Shown in pieces: positions 1 through 13,800 of a stretch of DNA of 64,000 nt. Every line of letters starts with the position of its first letter. The first letter of the stretch is position 1. The translations under genes and the position numbers were made by a program. This stretch comes from Oopsacas minuta (taxonomy: Eukaryota > Animalia > Porifera): the NCBI GenBank assembly GCA_024704765.1, contig JAKMXF010000327.1:14195-78194 (forward strand), given 5' to 3'. Below the pieces are notes generated by a model. It had not been told where the DNA came from. It did no database searches and saw only the letters and a program-made list of their open reading frames with translations.

Positions 1-566
1 AGTATGAAATTTATCACCACTATCTAGATGAAAGTTTTGATGAATTTCTGCCTTATTTGAGTCACAACAAATTTGGATACTTAGTTTCTCGAAAACATTT
101 GTAATTCAAATCTTTTGACAAAATACACGAAAAATGTCATGAAAAGAATATGCGCTTAGGCAATTATTCAGAGGAATACGGTAATCTATTATTGATGGCA
201 GAAGCTTTTAACGGTTTTGCACATTGGGATAGGACTCAATTACATTACAAATTTATTATGGTTATGTTTAGCAATCTATAACCTTAATATTCTACGATCA
301 GCATTCAAATTAAATATATAATTTGTATGTACAATACATATAAATATCAACAACCAATTTCCAATAAAGCTTTCAATAATAAAATTTACAGGTTCCACAG
401 TTATTGTACTGACCATGGATGACGCATTTCTGCAAATATTCACCTATAACTGACAACATTAAATGTCATGGCCAATCATCTTGCAAATATATGGAATATA
501 CCCCGACTTTTCACCCCCTTGATAATACTGTTTGATATCATGATATCTCTGACAATTATGATGCTA

Positions 567-1196
567 CAGTACACTCCCGCTTACCGGGACATCTTCCCGG
601 AAAATTGGTTCCATCCCACACAGATGCCTCCCTCGTACCGGGACGAATCTCGCTTACCGAGACACCAAATGATCCTAGATTTTTGGTATGTACTGATCTC
701 TGTTTTAGTGTTTCTCTTTCATGGCCCATAAGTCGCAACCCAAGTACGCTCTGCTGACGTGTGACCGGCGCAAGGCAGTTCTAGACATGCTGGAGCAGCC
801 TGGCAGTAGTCTTCGCAAGGTGGCTGAGCACTTCGAGTGGGTAAGAGCTCTATTGAGAGGATAAAAAAGAAGAATGAAGTGCGGCAGGCTGCAGTAAAGC
901 TTGGCTCCAAACGCAAGTGCGTGAAGGTGGAAGCTAAGTACAAAGAAATCGAGGAGGTGGTGTTGGAATTTCTAAGACTGGCGCGTGAACAAGATAAGAC
1001 GGTCACGGTCCTATGCTACACCAATTTGCTGAAAAGGAGGCTCGCGAGCTCGGACTAGAGGATTTCAAAGCCTCTGAAGGATGGCTATCTCGCCTGAAAG
1101 ACAAGCACGGGATCTTGGCTAAGGCTGTTTCTGGAGAAGCCAAAAGTGTCAATGTTCTCACTGTGGAGAACTGGAAGGAGGAGTTTGGGGAGATAA
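567..1196 (+). mobile_element. Tigger/pogo (CENP-B/Tc5-like) DNA transposon, frameshifted 5' remnant
   Basis: TA|CAGTACACTCCCGCTTACCGGGAC pogo-type left end at 567. Frameshifted ORFs 837-1058 and 1013-1231 give HTH/CENP-B motifs (KYKEIEEVVLEF; FKASEGWLSRLKDKHGI..VSGEAKSV). Interrupted at 1197. Confidence 0.8.
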
Positions 1197-1361
1197 CACA
1201 GCCCTGCGGGAAAAAAAATTTTATTTGCTGATTGTTATTGCAAAACATTTTCTAATCCACATTTTAATACTGATTTTGAATAATTTTGTAAAATATACGT
1301 ATCACGTCTAGTTTTTTTGCAAAATTATTATTAAATATTGGTATATTTATCGATGAATGCA
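1197..1361 (-). mobile_element. Terminal 165-bp fragment of the Chapaev3-type transposon found at 15770-18083
   Basis: Reverse complement of 17919-18083 with about 3 substitutions by eye. Begins TAA|CACAGCCCTGCGG (TWA target). Ends exactly at the N at 1362. Confidence 0.9.
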
Positions 1362-1362
1362 N
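1362..1362. other. Single N, probable assembly join
   Basis: The Chapaev fragment homology stops exactly here. Confidence 0.65.
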
Positions 1363-2751
1363 TATGTATTAATTATATATAGAGAATCAATAATGTAGGT
1401 CATGCTGAATAAATATTCTAGACAAAATGGTTTGTATCAGAACTTTGGAGCCACCCTGTATATAGTTAGATGAGATACAGAAATATATAAGTTTTTATCA
1501 CATTAAGAGGCGTAACATTTTGATATTATACAAAACAGTGTGGCGCGAATTGATCAGTGTATTTTGATGGAATCTAACTTTCAAACGAGTGTGCATAAGA
1601 GCGAGACAATTTCTGGTATCCATGGGATATTGTTCCTAGTATATGCCCAGACAGAAGGGTCCAAAGCCGAAAGTCTGGGCAACCTTATGTAGAACCTGTA
1701 AACTGTAATTGAAGAATACTAGGCAATCTTGAAAAATGACAATATTTTGGGCATCATAAGATTGATACGATATACCATATTAAACGAATTACAATAGCAT
1801 TGGTCAGGTGACTTCGCGTCAAAATTGAGACCCGCTGGAGAAAAGGAGCAAGATTTGCATACCTAATCTAGATCACCTTTGCATCACGTTTTTCCGCTGC
1901 TCACGTCGATAGGATACATTTTCGATCCCAAATTTTCCTTTTTAAATTGCGGGCGTCTGCTAATTCGTAGATACATCCCATGGGTCAACATTCGTATTCA
2001 ACGTAAAATTTAGATCTCTTAGCCCTAGCAACGCAGGAAAGTAAAAACATTCCATTCTCAAATTTGTTTAACACCTCGAGTGACCCCTTGTTCGAGGCCG
2101 TTAGGCGAGTTGAGTCGAGTTTGCCCTCATCAACCAAGGCTCTAAATGTTCTTTGAACAAAAGTTGACTAGATTGGCCTCCTCGGTTGCTCACTTTTCTT
2201 GATATTTCTTACATAAATTTTCATCTATAAAGGATGATATCGTCAGTTTTGTAATAATACGTAGATATACATTGATACATTACCCTATTGTTTAGCTCAC
2301 GGTATCTGGCCCAAATATTGATACTAAAATGTCTCGAGAAAAATTGTTTTTTTGAATTGAGATATTACTTACATCTTATGATAAATACTAGAAAAGAAAT
2401 CTTGTGTATCCTTTTGGGGTAATCAACTAACTCTATGTATCCCTTTGGGGCAATCAGAAGACATAAATACGCTAATTTTACAGGAAAGCGAAGTTGAGAG
2501 TACGTGTATGCAATAAGTCCGTGAAGTTATATAGTTTTACATATACAAGGTATACATGACGATGTAAGTAAATTAAAGTTGCAGATAAGACAGCAACAAA
2601 ATTCAGATTTACAAATTTTACCAAAATAAAAATGTCAAGTGAAATTACTGAATGAAAATTTACTACAGAAGTAGCCTGGTCTAGTCCTAATATTTTTTTG
2701 GAGAAAATAATTGGAATGTAATGTAGATAATGAAACAAATTTATCAATTAA

Positions 2752-4242
2752 TTAACTATCAAACTCTTCTACTTCATGTAACAAACTGATTAATAAAAAA
2801 GCGTCCATCGTGGCCTCACTTTCTTGTACATATTGCTCAAGCCGTAGTTGGTCTGTGATTTCAGTAGCAACTTCGAAGAGTGGAGTGAGCAGTGATAAAA
2901 TTTCTCCAAATCTGCCAACACAATTGCAAGTTGCCAAAAACAATTGTTCAAAACGAACACGTCGCATTGCTCGAACAAGCTGTTTACATTCTAAACCAGT
3001 CGAGTCTGCATTGTATAGAATTATTTCCTTCATTATCCTGTATTCGCATCTGTTTAGGTTAAGGAATCTTAAAGGAACGACTAACTTTTCTATAGTTAGC
3101 TTTGTTACACATGCAACAGCACTTGTAGGATGGTAAGGTTTAATAATTTTATCAATATGATTAAAGTACAATGCATTATCATAATGGATTGATGCCCTCG
3201 CAAAGCCCAACATGACAAGTTCAACAACCGTATAGCGTAATAATGACTTTTGATCATTTTGGGAAAGTTTACAAAATTCTAGTGACTTTTTAGACCACTT
3301 AAACAAATCAAGAATTCGAGATTTTAAACTATCCAAAACTTCTTCAATGGAAGCAGTTTCGTATTGATTACTAGAAAGCAGATCTTCAGAAATTTTAGGA
3401 ATAATATCAGAGCTCTGATCATAGATATTATGAGGTTTAGGGTTCTTTAGATATGACTCAGTAGAATAATGAATATTCTTTTGAAGTGGAGATTGAAATA
3501 TACATTTGTCAATATCTTGGAGTGTGCTAAATGTAGTCTTCAGAAAACCTTCTGTTATAGAATGTTGTTTAGAAGGTTCAATACATGCTATCTGACCATG
3601 AATTGATTCGCTCAGTAAATTATTGTGATATGCTTTGCTACTGTCACAATCAATCGAAATTGATTTGATCGGATCTCTACTAGGGTAGATATTTTGTTTA
3701 ACAAAAATATTGTTCCTATAAGAATCATATGATTCGTCATAAGATAACAAAATTTGATCATTATTTGGTGAAACTACTGAATCATTTTGGAAAGAACAAT
3801 CTGTAACTATATTCGTTGTTTTGTGTGCTAAGGCATTCGGTGTTTTCCCAATTTCTATATCAATATTACCAGATTGTAAACCCTTCGGAAATATGTATTT
3901 GTCATTATATATTGAATTAGGTTCAAATAACAAAGTTTGAGATTTTTTTGAGTGTTTAAGTCGGACAGCATCTTTCTTCATCCCAACTTGGATGCATTTC
4001 CTCAATCTACATGCTTTACAAAATTGCCGACTAACTTTATGTGATACAATGCATTTATGAAAAAATTTGCAAGAGAAAATCTTGTTCAATTGAATAGATC
4101 GCCGGAAGAAACATTTGCAAGCTTCACAACAATATACATTGTAATGCATTCGGAATGAACTACCAGGAATAGATTCCTCTTCACAAACAGAACAAATGTG
4201 CGAACGAGTGTGAGGATTGTTATTCTTGAAAGATTGGTCCAT
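2752..4242 (-). CDS. Nuclear hormone receptor, HNF4/NR2-like (C4 zinc-finger DBD plus LBD), intronless
   Basis: CSVC...CEACKCFFRRS...CKFFHKC...CKACRLRKCIQVGM DBD. LBD signature FKWSKKSLEFCKLSQNDQKSLL...ELVML and C-terminal RFGEILSLL. The exact subfamily is not resolvable by eye. Confidence 0.9.
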   Translation of the reverse strand: MDQSFKNNNPHTRSHICSVCEEESIPGSSFRMHYNVYCCEACKCFFRRSIQLNKIFSCKFFHKCIVSHKVSRQFCKACRLRKCIQVGMKKDAVRLKHSKKSQTLLFEPNSIYNDKYIFPKGLQSGNIDIEIGKTPNALAHKTTNIVTDCSFQNDSVVSPNNDQILLSYDESYDSYRNNIFVKQNIYPSRDPIKSISIDCDSSKAYHNNLLSESIHGQIACIEPSKQHSITEGFLKTTFSTLQDIDKCIFQSPLQKNIHYSTESYLKNPKPHNIYDQSSDIIPKISEDLLSSNQYETASIEEVLDSLKSRILDLFKWSKKSLEFCKLSQNDQKSLLRYTVVELVMLGFARASIHYDNALYFNHIDKIIKPYHPTSAVACVTKLTIEKLVVPLRFLNLNRCEYRIMKEIILYNADSTGLECKQLVRAMRRVRFEQLFLATCNCVGRFGEILSLLTPLFEVATEITDQLRLEQYVQESEATMDAFLLISLLHEVEEFDS

Positions 4243-6584
4243 ATATCCTAGAAGAAATTTAAAAAGTATACGAGTAATTATAATGATGAAGAGTAGCTAT
4301 AATAGTATTGTCAACCATTTTGTATGCTAAAATATTTCAGGAATATAAGAAAATATGTGTCTAGAAAGTAATTATCAGCGAAAACAGCCATTCCTTTATA
4401 TAAGCCCTGTAGAACGATAAATATTGCATATTTCATCTCAAAGTGAACAAAAGAAATGATCTATAGATGGTTCATACAAATTAACAAAAAACTTCATGAG
4501 ATACAGGAGGGACCAGGGATGACAAATTTTCAGAAAATCCACTTATAATTGGATAATAGACAGCGATTATTTAGTACATCTACTACTTCCAGACTCGGTA
4601 ATCAGTATGTACTACATAATAGGTAGCTTTATTTAACAAAAATTTTAGCGATTGTCGAGTTAGAAGTGGATTATCAGGAAAATATGTCATCCTTGGTTGC
4701 TCCTGTAACTCAAAAACGGGTCAACTTTTTGTACGCCAATTTTTTAATATCGTGTATGAAACTATCTATAAATCATTTCTTACCTTCACTTTTAAATGAA
4801 AATATGCAATATTTGACGTTCTACAGGGCAGAGAAGAATGACATATTCTGACAAATAATTGCTTACAAAATATGTGTTTAACATATAATGTTACATTCCT
4901 GAAAGGTTTAGAATAAAATGATTAATAATTAGTAACTCTAAAAATAGCAATACATTTATTCGGATAGATTAGGACCGTTAATGCAAATAGAAATCACATA
5001 GAATTTGTTACAACGAGTAATGCATCCTAGTCCAAAATTCAGTTCCAGTTTCAGTAACACTTAGATTAGAAATTAAGTTTGCTAGTGTTTTTAGAATTCT
5101 CCATATCTAAATACATAAGTATAACAGTTCAGAAAGAAGTTTAAAATATACTTTTTTGAGTTATTCGAGTTTACTGTGAAGTAGTCATTTCAACATTTTG
5201 AAAATTTTTAATCAAATAGTAAAAAATAGAATTTGTAACATCATAAGTCATAAAACACATGACCAATTGTTCTGAAATTTTCACAGAAGTAAATACATGT
5301 TAGCTTGCTCTACAGAAAATTTCATACAATTTAGTTGATAGTGTTGAAATGGCTGGTTGACTTGACATGGAATTCCACTATAACAAAACTACATTATATT
5401 ATGAAGTAAGCAATATTATACCAAATGATGTAGCATAACCACTTTATCCACATCTCAAATGTCATTTTATTCTACTTTTATCGGTATCTGTTATTCTAAA
5501 ATTTGGTCAAACGGGTGACTTCGCATTGATTTAACAAAGAAATGTGACATATTGCTGGGGTTGGACCTAATGGTGACTTGCACAGACATAATTCAAAATT
5601 TATGTTAGTGTCTCGTGTTATGGGCGATGCCATTTATAGCCAATAATTTCTTTATTCTGCCCACTAAAAGATCGGCCTATAAAATACATATTCTTGAATG
5701 GTAGAAAGTAAAACCTAGTGTTGTAAATTTATGTGGAAGTATTTTAGCCCAATAGAACAAATGGGACACAGCGAAACAGATATCATTGAAGACACAACAT
5801 AGTGACCTCAGCTTTCGGACAAGAATTTGTTGGAGGACGGCACCATTAAATATCTATTTACGATATACTATATACTGTAAATACTTTAAAGAGTGCATTG
5901 AATCGATACCATAATTATACTCTACAATTACCCAGTCTATATATTTCAGGAATGTTTAGGGAGTTGCTAGGAAGCATGTTGTTGAGTCTAAACAATTGTA
6001 TTGGAGACCCAGCTGGAAAAAGCTTTCCCCCTATGAATAAGCGTCCTCAATATATCATTAACATCTCCCGATTATAGGTTTAGATAGTAGTTACTCTAAT
6101 CATGCACTTACTACATATGTATTTTCATCCATTATATTTGAAATCTGAGTAATATTTTCGAGGTAGTCATTATAATCGTGCCCGCTATCCGAAGCCAATG
6201 TCCAATGCGACTCCATGCCCTCACAAATCCAAGAATTCATTTCGTAACTGTCGAAGCCTAACATGCTCCAGTATAGTAATAAGTCTAAAATTTGTAGAGA
6301 CTATTTCTTGAAATATCACTGAGTAATAAACTGTCGCTGATATAGGCTCAATATTTCAGTAGATATTTCAATTAACATATTACATGGATGAATATATGAA
6401 TTCAGAGAGGACGGCTATTCACAAAAGTAATCTTCCATACCATCCTGTATACAATATATACAGTACAGCAAATAATAAATGCCAAAAAGTTCAAATATTT
6501 ACAGTACAGAACCATTCCAATTATACAAGAGATCGAAAATTAACTAAGAAATAATACTTTGAAAGGTGAAAAGACTGAGAATCT

Positions 6585-7860
6585 TAAGTATTAAAGTTGG
6601 TATAGAACTCATCATATAGAAGAGTTTTGAAAAGTTTAAAGGATTTGGTGCTTAAGAAGTGAGATATAAAGTGTTGCACCATCATAAGCAAATGATTTTT
6701 GAATACGGAAATCATTACTTTGGGGAAATAAAATAGCTTGTGTTTAGAAGAACTTGTTGTCATCAAATGAATGTGTATTGAGGAAGTGTAGCAGAACATA
6801 TTCGTGATATATTTCGGGGCAAATCATGAACTGCTTTGAATATTATCAAACATTATCCATATCATCTGATTACAATTACGCGATTTCGCGACGATCAACA
6901 TCACGATTAAGGCTAGAGTTAATAGTTTCGAAACAACGATCTGAAGTAGTATTGTACCGTCGTCGGCTTATAAGGCCTTCTTAGATTGAGAAATTGAAAA
7001 AATAAATCATTAGTAAAGATTGTAAGGAGCAATGGACCTAATATAGACCCTCTAGGAAGACCACTTTGAATGTTATGGATATGCGAAAGAGATTCGTAAA
7101 AAACACACCGTGCTATCAGTTATAAAGCTAGTGAAACAATCAAGAGACCTGGGAGACAATTGATATAGTATCAAGTTACCACTTAAGAAGAGATGATTAA
7201 CAAGGTCAAATGCCTTCGTAAATTCAAAACTACAAGACAGACTATTTCTTCATTATTTAGGGGAATATACAAATCATGTGATTCTATTAATAAAGTTGTT
7301 CTTTGCAGTTATGTTTCTTACGAAATTCTGATTGGTCTGGAGAAAATAATAAATATGTCTTGATACAATGAGTTAGACAGACGCCTCTCAAAATTTTTCG
7401 ATATCACAGGGAGCGGCGAGAGAGGTCTAAAATTAGAACTGTGCATATCTCCAGCTTTGTGGAGACAAATGACGTTGGTCATTTGCAGAGAGAAGGGTGT
7501 TTACCAATTTCATGCAGGTGGTAATGATCTTTGGAAATTGATGACAAATGATGGGAGCAGAAAGCTATAGATTACTTTCAGCAATCCCGTCTAATACAAC
7601 AACCTATTGTCGTAATTTCTGCAGTTACTTCAATACAATCGAGAAGTTGACATGAATAATTTCAAAATAGACATGATGGGGGTTGCTAATATATATAAAG
7701 TTTGTAAACAGATGGATCTAGGATAGATACAGTGGGGTATTTTGGTTAAAAATTTCCATTAGGTTATAACTTCAACAATTTTCATTACTTTCAGTAGAAT
7801 CTTCGGTTACTGGAGTTTGAACTAAAGACAGTTATTTTGGCATGTCAGATTTTGAGAAGG
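6585..7860 (-). mobile_element. Degenerate non-LTR retrotransposon (CR1/L2-like) ORF2/RT remnant
   Basis: Manual translation with stops and frameshifts gives LDGI, HKAGD..SNFRPLSPLPVISKNFE, FTKAFDLVNH, GLPRGSILGPLLLTIFTNDL, ADD, and a 3' KSFAYDGATLY segment. Not in the ORF track. Confidence 0.85.
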
Positions 7861-7861
7861 N
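7861..7861. other. Single N, probable assembly join
   Basis: RNF213-like coding sequence ends and LINE RT remnant begins at this base. Confidence 0.65.
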
Positions 7862-10800
7862 GCTTTAATGAATATCCGTCAAGGATCTCAGCAAGCCTCG
7901 ATTTCTCAGTGGAGCAAGATATAGAGATTGGTTTGTCCTGGAAATTAGGATGTCCTAATTCTGCAAGTTGAGTTAAGAATTCAAACATCTTTCTTATCTT
8001 ATCGTGGAAGTATTGGAAATCTGATATACAGTTAACACGTTGCTCTGATAGTTTGCTCTGCTCCAAGAATCTTAGCTTCCTAACAAACTCATCTATCTTA
8101 TCTGTGTTCATACGTTCATCTATTCTATTGTGGATAGGAGAGGGTGGTGCTAGTTTGTTAGTGGAATGTATAGGAGATTCTGGAGGTAGGACAAGACTGT
8201 CTCTCTTAATATTACGCATAGCAGCAGTATTAGTAGAAGCTGAGTACTTGAGGAGAATTGAAGCAACCAGCTTCTTGTGAATAAGAGGTGTAGTATTTGG
8301 TAAACTAGGCATTGTTCCAAATTCCAGTTGGTTGTCTACGTTGCCAAGCAAAATCTCATAAACTCCAGTATCTAGGATATCCTGTAGCTGTTGAGACACA
8401 TTTTCAGTAGTATCACTTTCTGCAATTATAAACCAACGACGAATAAGTGTAATGTTGTTATTAACTGTTCTCAACTGTGAGTAACCTGTCTCAGATCCAA
8501 TTGTCATCTGTGAGTACTGTTTAAGGAACTCTTTGAGTGTTTGGTCCGGTGAGAATAGAGGCATCATATAGCTGTATGCAATAGACATGTGAGTTAATAC
8601 AGTGTCGTCATAATCTTCATCCTGTCTCTCAGAGGTAATCAGGTTCATTTGAATATCAAAACTTTCTCTGTTGTTAAACAGATTTTTGTCTAGTAAGAAT
8701 TTGTAGAACTCAGCACTATCTGCGAGAATAGGAAACAGCTGATATCTCTGTATAGGCATATCATTAGTGACGTCATTGACCTGAGCTAATAAGGTGGTTG
8801 CTTCTGTAATGGTTAGTTTGTTACGATTATCTGGATCAGATAGTTTTCTGTATATATCTTCCAATTGACTAAACTCAGCACTAGCAATACAACTGGTCAG
8901 TTTATACTGCTTACATACATCTGTAATGTGAATTAGATAATCAGAAATGTGAATTAGATACTCAGAAATCTTGAGTAATTGAAAGAGATTCATTACTCCC
9001 AGATCTCCCTGAATCCGGTCAGCGAGGGGTGGGAATAACTTTATGTCAATCTGAATCTGTCCGAAATTTAGAGATTTTACAGTGAGGCGTTCGTTGATTT
9101 GCTCAATTTCAGAATAAGTTGATACACCCTCACAGATCCTGTTGAGTGTCTGATAACAATCAAATGAGCATTCTACGAACTCACTCATTGAGAGGAAATT
9201 CCTATTTTGTTGTTGTTTCAATTTCTGTACCATACACTTTCTGAGGCAGGCATCAAACAAGACATTCTCTCTTAGACTGAAGTGAGCTAGAAAATTATGA
9301 ACTGTATAATCAGATCCTTCAAAAATTGGAGAAGTAAACATTTTAAAGTTATCTACAATATAAGCACAGCGTGTTTTGAATTCATTCAGTTTGATTGTGT
9401 CTTTAGCTTCGATAATTGGGGCAGAGATGGGTTGTTCAGTTTTGCCAAGGATCTGTTCATAATAAATCTTCAATAATGAATCAATTTCTATTCGAATTCT
9501 TTCAGGGACTTCGATTTGCTGATCGTTCAAGAATTCTAAAATGAAGCAAGATTTGCTTTTAGCATTCTCAACCTCTAGTTGCAGAAATAGAGTTGTTGTC
9601 AAACCTCTAGCTTTTTCAGTGAAATAATGAATTTTGGTTTGTAGTTCTTCTTTACCTAAAATGGGTAATTGGCAGTAATTAAACAGCTGATTTAGATTCT
9701 GAAGATTATTCAATATTTCTGTATACTCAATGAGACTACAGTCTTCATTCAAAATGCTCTGATAATATTTGGAAATAAGAACCTCACTTTTCTTGCAGAA
9801 CTCAATATAAGACACTAAATTATTATCTTTCCAAGCGTAGCCTTGAAACCCAGGAACAGTTTCTTCGTATTTACTAAATACAAATAATAATGTTATAACC
9901 ATATAAGGAAAATCTGACCAGACTAATTTCTCAAATTTGATTTTTTTACAAATTAAAGCCAGAATTTTCCAAAGATAATAATGCTCGTAGGAAATCTTTA
10001 ATTGCTCAAAAGTAGTATAATTCTTCTGATAAGCTAAAGTTTGTAATGAGATAATTAAGTGCTTACAATAGCCTTCTCTACTGGAGTGAGAGAGCAGAGA
10101 AGAATCTGGTACAATAGCTCTGATTATAGATTCCATTATAATGGCTTGTAATAGAGAAGGTAATCTGAACTTGGGAATATAATTCAGTATTTGGAATAGA
10201 TTTTCATGTAATTTATACCAGAATTCATTTCTAGACCCGAATTCAATCTTAGTTATAAAATCAGAAATCATTTCATCTTCATTAGTTGGTTTATATTCTA
10301 ATCCATAAGACGGTAAATCAATCGCTAAACAATCAAAGATAAATTCAAGTCCTAGTTTACGATTTAAATATTGTTCGAATATCTTCTTAAGTGATGAGAA
10401 AATTGATTTGGGAGGATCTTTGCCTTTGAAAACAGTAACTAATAGATCTTGCCAAATGGGATCCTTGATAGAAACACTATTAGAAGGTTGGTATTTTGTG
10501 AAATAATCATAAACGGTTTTAGAAAGGACTGCAATCTGGGAATTTCTTTAGAATTTCATGAAAAGTTTCAAGTCTATTTGATTAAACTTACTCTTTATCA
10601 TAGTAACAACTTCCTTCTTGTGTTCTTTAATCCATGGTTTAACTAATTCTTCAGGTTCAGATGGTATTTTTACTGTGTCATAGAAACATCTTAGAACAAT
10701 AGAAAAATCTTCAGGATGGTGTGTTTCATAAAGATAGAAACAAACTACATTATAGAGCAGGAGATGGGAAATGTCAAACCAGTGTTTTTTAAATAATTCA

Positions 10801-13800
10801 CATTGAGAAGTGAGTTGTTTTGAAATATCTGTAGCAGTACAAATAGTGTAGCAAGTTTGGATAAGATGATACACATCATTTCTACACAAGCCTTTGGATT
10901 ATCAATCAAGAGAGATGGAAAATACTTTCTTACTGATTTTGAATATTGGTCTAGGAACACGAAATATGCCAAACAGAAATCAATTATCTCGTTAGTATCA
11001 TATTGATATTTCAGAATATAGTCTAGTACAATGTTGAAGTTTTGAAATGTATAAGTTTCGTATTTTGATGATACTATTCTCAAAACATCACTTAATAAGA
11101 ATCTTTGTTCGAAAGAGAGACCCAAGTTTATACCAAACTGAATACCAAATTCCCAAATAATATTCAAATTAGATAAATCATAGATTGAGAGCTGATCATG
11201 ATCTATATGATGGATTAGATGTTCATTCCACTTGGACTGGACAGGTATTTTAAAACTCTGATTACACAGCATCAGTACGTTATACCACAATAACTTATTC
11301 TCTAAATCTTGCTGTTTGTAAATAGGTTTCAAATGATTGTATTTGTTACCAGATTTCTGACATTGAGTGTACTCAATAGTAAACAGATTTATGAGTTCAT
11401 ATATAGGACTTTGTAATATTCTAAAATTAATAACTCTATCTTGTACCAATTCTGAGAATCTCTTTATAGAATTAGCTATTGTAGTAGGATTTATTTTTAG
11501 AAATCTAACCAGAATAAATGTAATAGCTTCATTAGCTAGATTATCCTTATTTGAGTCGAACAGCTGTGCTATTTCCAAGAAAATGACGAGATATACAGGC
11601 CAGTCTATTTGGATGTGAGTCTCAAAGATAACTTTTGACTTCAAGTATTTGACGATTTTGTTCAAGGTATTCTAGAAAATTATGGAAAAGTTAAGGTTAA
11701 CATAAAATAGAGCGATCGTAGGAATTGCAAACAAAGTCTAATACGTATAAGAATTTATATGCAATTTGAATTCTAAACTATCATTACGGGTAGGTAACCA
11801 GACATGGGAAATGGAAATGGGAAATCCTATGGTAATTCTGTGGAATGAGATGGGGATGGAATAAAAATTTCATTCACACGGCAACCCTGCCAGTAGGGGC
11901 ATATAAGCCCAAGGCTATTATTAGTACGGATATAGCTTGTCTAATAATTAAGCATACACGAAATCTGAAAGGTTAAAAAAGTTAACAACGAACAATCCAA
12001 CTGAACTCACCCACAAAACTTCCTTCTTTTCATGAGCATGCGAATCCATTGTCTGATAGATAAAGTTAATAATTAGAGTTATGATGTCAGAATGTTTACA
12101 TAATATTAGAGGGAGTACATTTTCTTCTCTGTCTTTCGTGAAGAGAAGAATTTCTAACGTAACATCTATAATAAATTCTCTCATTTTTGGCTTGCTCGTA
12201 CCGTGATGTCTTTCTGAACCTATAAATATTTATAAATACAGTAGAACACGGAAAAGACGTCTCGGCTTAAGACGTAATTTCGGTTAGTACGTACTAGTTT
12301 TTGTCTCCCGAGGAGGTACGTCTTATCTGAGTTCTACTGTATTTAAATAGAATACACAAAAGTATCTACACAACGCTAATAAGTAAGGGAAAAACAGATG
12401 TGTTATAGATACATTGTATGCTAACATTTGAATAGAGTAAAAAATTAATACGAAATAATAAGCGCCCATGCACTTATTCAGGGAATTACTGTATCTGCGA
12501 CTATAAATAAACCTAAGATAAAAGATATAATACTAGTATTACTTGGAAAGTTAGATTCATTGGAAAGCTTATGACCAGGGCTTAGGTCAGATCCTGCTAT
12601 ATCCTCTGATACAGAACATTCTACTTCTAACGGATTATGTAGTAGTAACTGCTTCAACTCCATTACATCATTAGTCTTCCCTAACAGGAATAAGACAGGA
12701 GGATGTTCTCCTGATAATAGTTCATCAGCTGATATTTTCAATTCTGTTTCTGTAACTTCTCTACATACACATAACACAGCTACTATCAGTTTATCTGAGG
12801 AGAGTACAGCTAGAGAATTCGAGAGAGGAAGTTTATTGCAATTAAAAAGAACTATCTTTTCTGTATCACTTAAGTCTCCTACATTATCTATGTCTACTAG
12901 AGTCACCCATTCAGAGATAACCAGCTGATGTTGAAGAGAATAGAAACTTACTCGATGAGCTGTAGACCCAGAAGTGTGTCTCACCAATAGACCTGTAAAT
13001 AGGAACATCATAAGTAAGGCAAATCATAGCTTTGGGCAATTTCAATACTTACGAGCCACTTGCCTTGCTCGCGCTGCGCGGCTCGGAAGATCTTTATAGG
13101 ACAAATTTACATTATCAAACTTGAACATTGGTGATACAGAAAAGCTCATAACACCTGGATTGATGGCAAGTATGCGGAAGGTTGAGTTCATCGGTGGGTC
13201 CCAATCACAGGCGTTTGTATTTGGCTATTGCCATCGAATGAAATAATTGAAGTAACTCAAATATAGAGTACTGAATTAAGTCCAAAAGTTCACAAAATAA
13301 TAATATCACGAACCACGCCCGCAAATTCACACAAAAAGTGGGGTCGCCCCTCTTCCGTCGGCCTGTTCTTGATAACTTGATAAATCATAAGTACAGAGTA
13401 ATGCGACATCTCAAGATAGAGTAATTCGAATTCGATAGAACATTCCATAAATCCTTTCCCTGACAACGAACAAACAGACAAATAACAACAATGGCAACCT
13501 ATATTATATCTCAATCATTATGTGTGTGAGTATAATAATAGGGAAGATGATATGCGTATAGGGGTTTATACAGAAATTTTTGGACCTGCACTTTTTCTTA
13601 TCCTGGCTCTCCTGGGATGGCACTTTTTGGACGGTGACATATTGATCCTAACTAATTTGTGTCTCATGACAGGCACTTTTGTCCTATATGGTCGCTGAAC
13701 TGGCACTTTTAGGTGCCAACCAAGCACCTAGATAAACCCCTGTGTGCGTATAGGGGAATCAAATAGGTAACAATTACATTAGGGTAATCGAGTATGCTGA

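Noticed and set aside
7845-7861. Natural C-terminal truncation of RNF213 (AAA-less isoform) or truncation by LINE insertion
   Set aside because: The break coincides with an N that is probably an assembly join, so it cannot be interpreted biologically.
10548-10550. In-frame TAA as proof that the RNF213-like gene is a pseudogene
   Set aside because: It falls within a frame-preserving 63-nt GTAAGT..GCAG intron (10591-10529).
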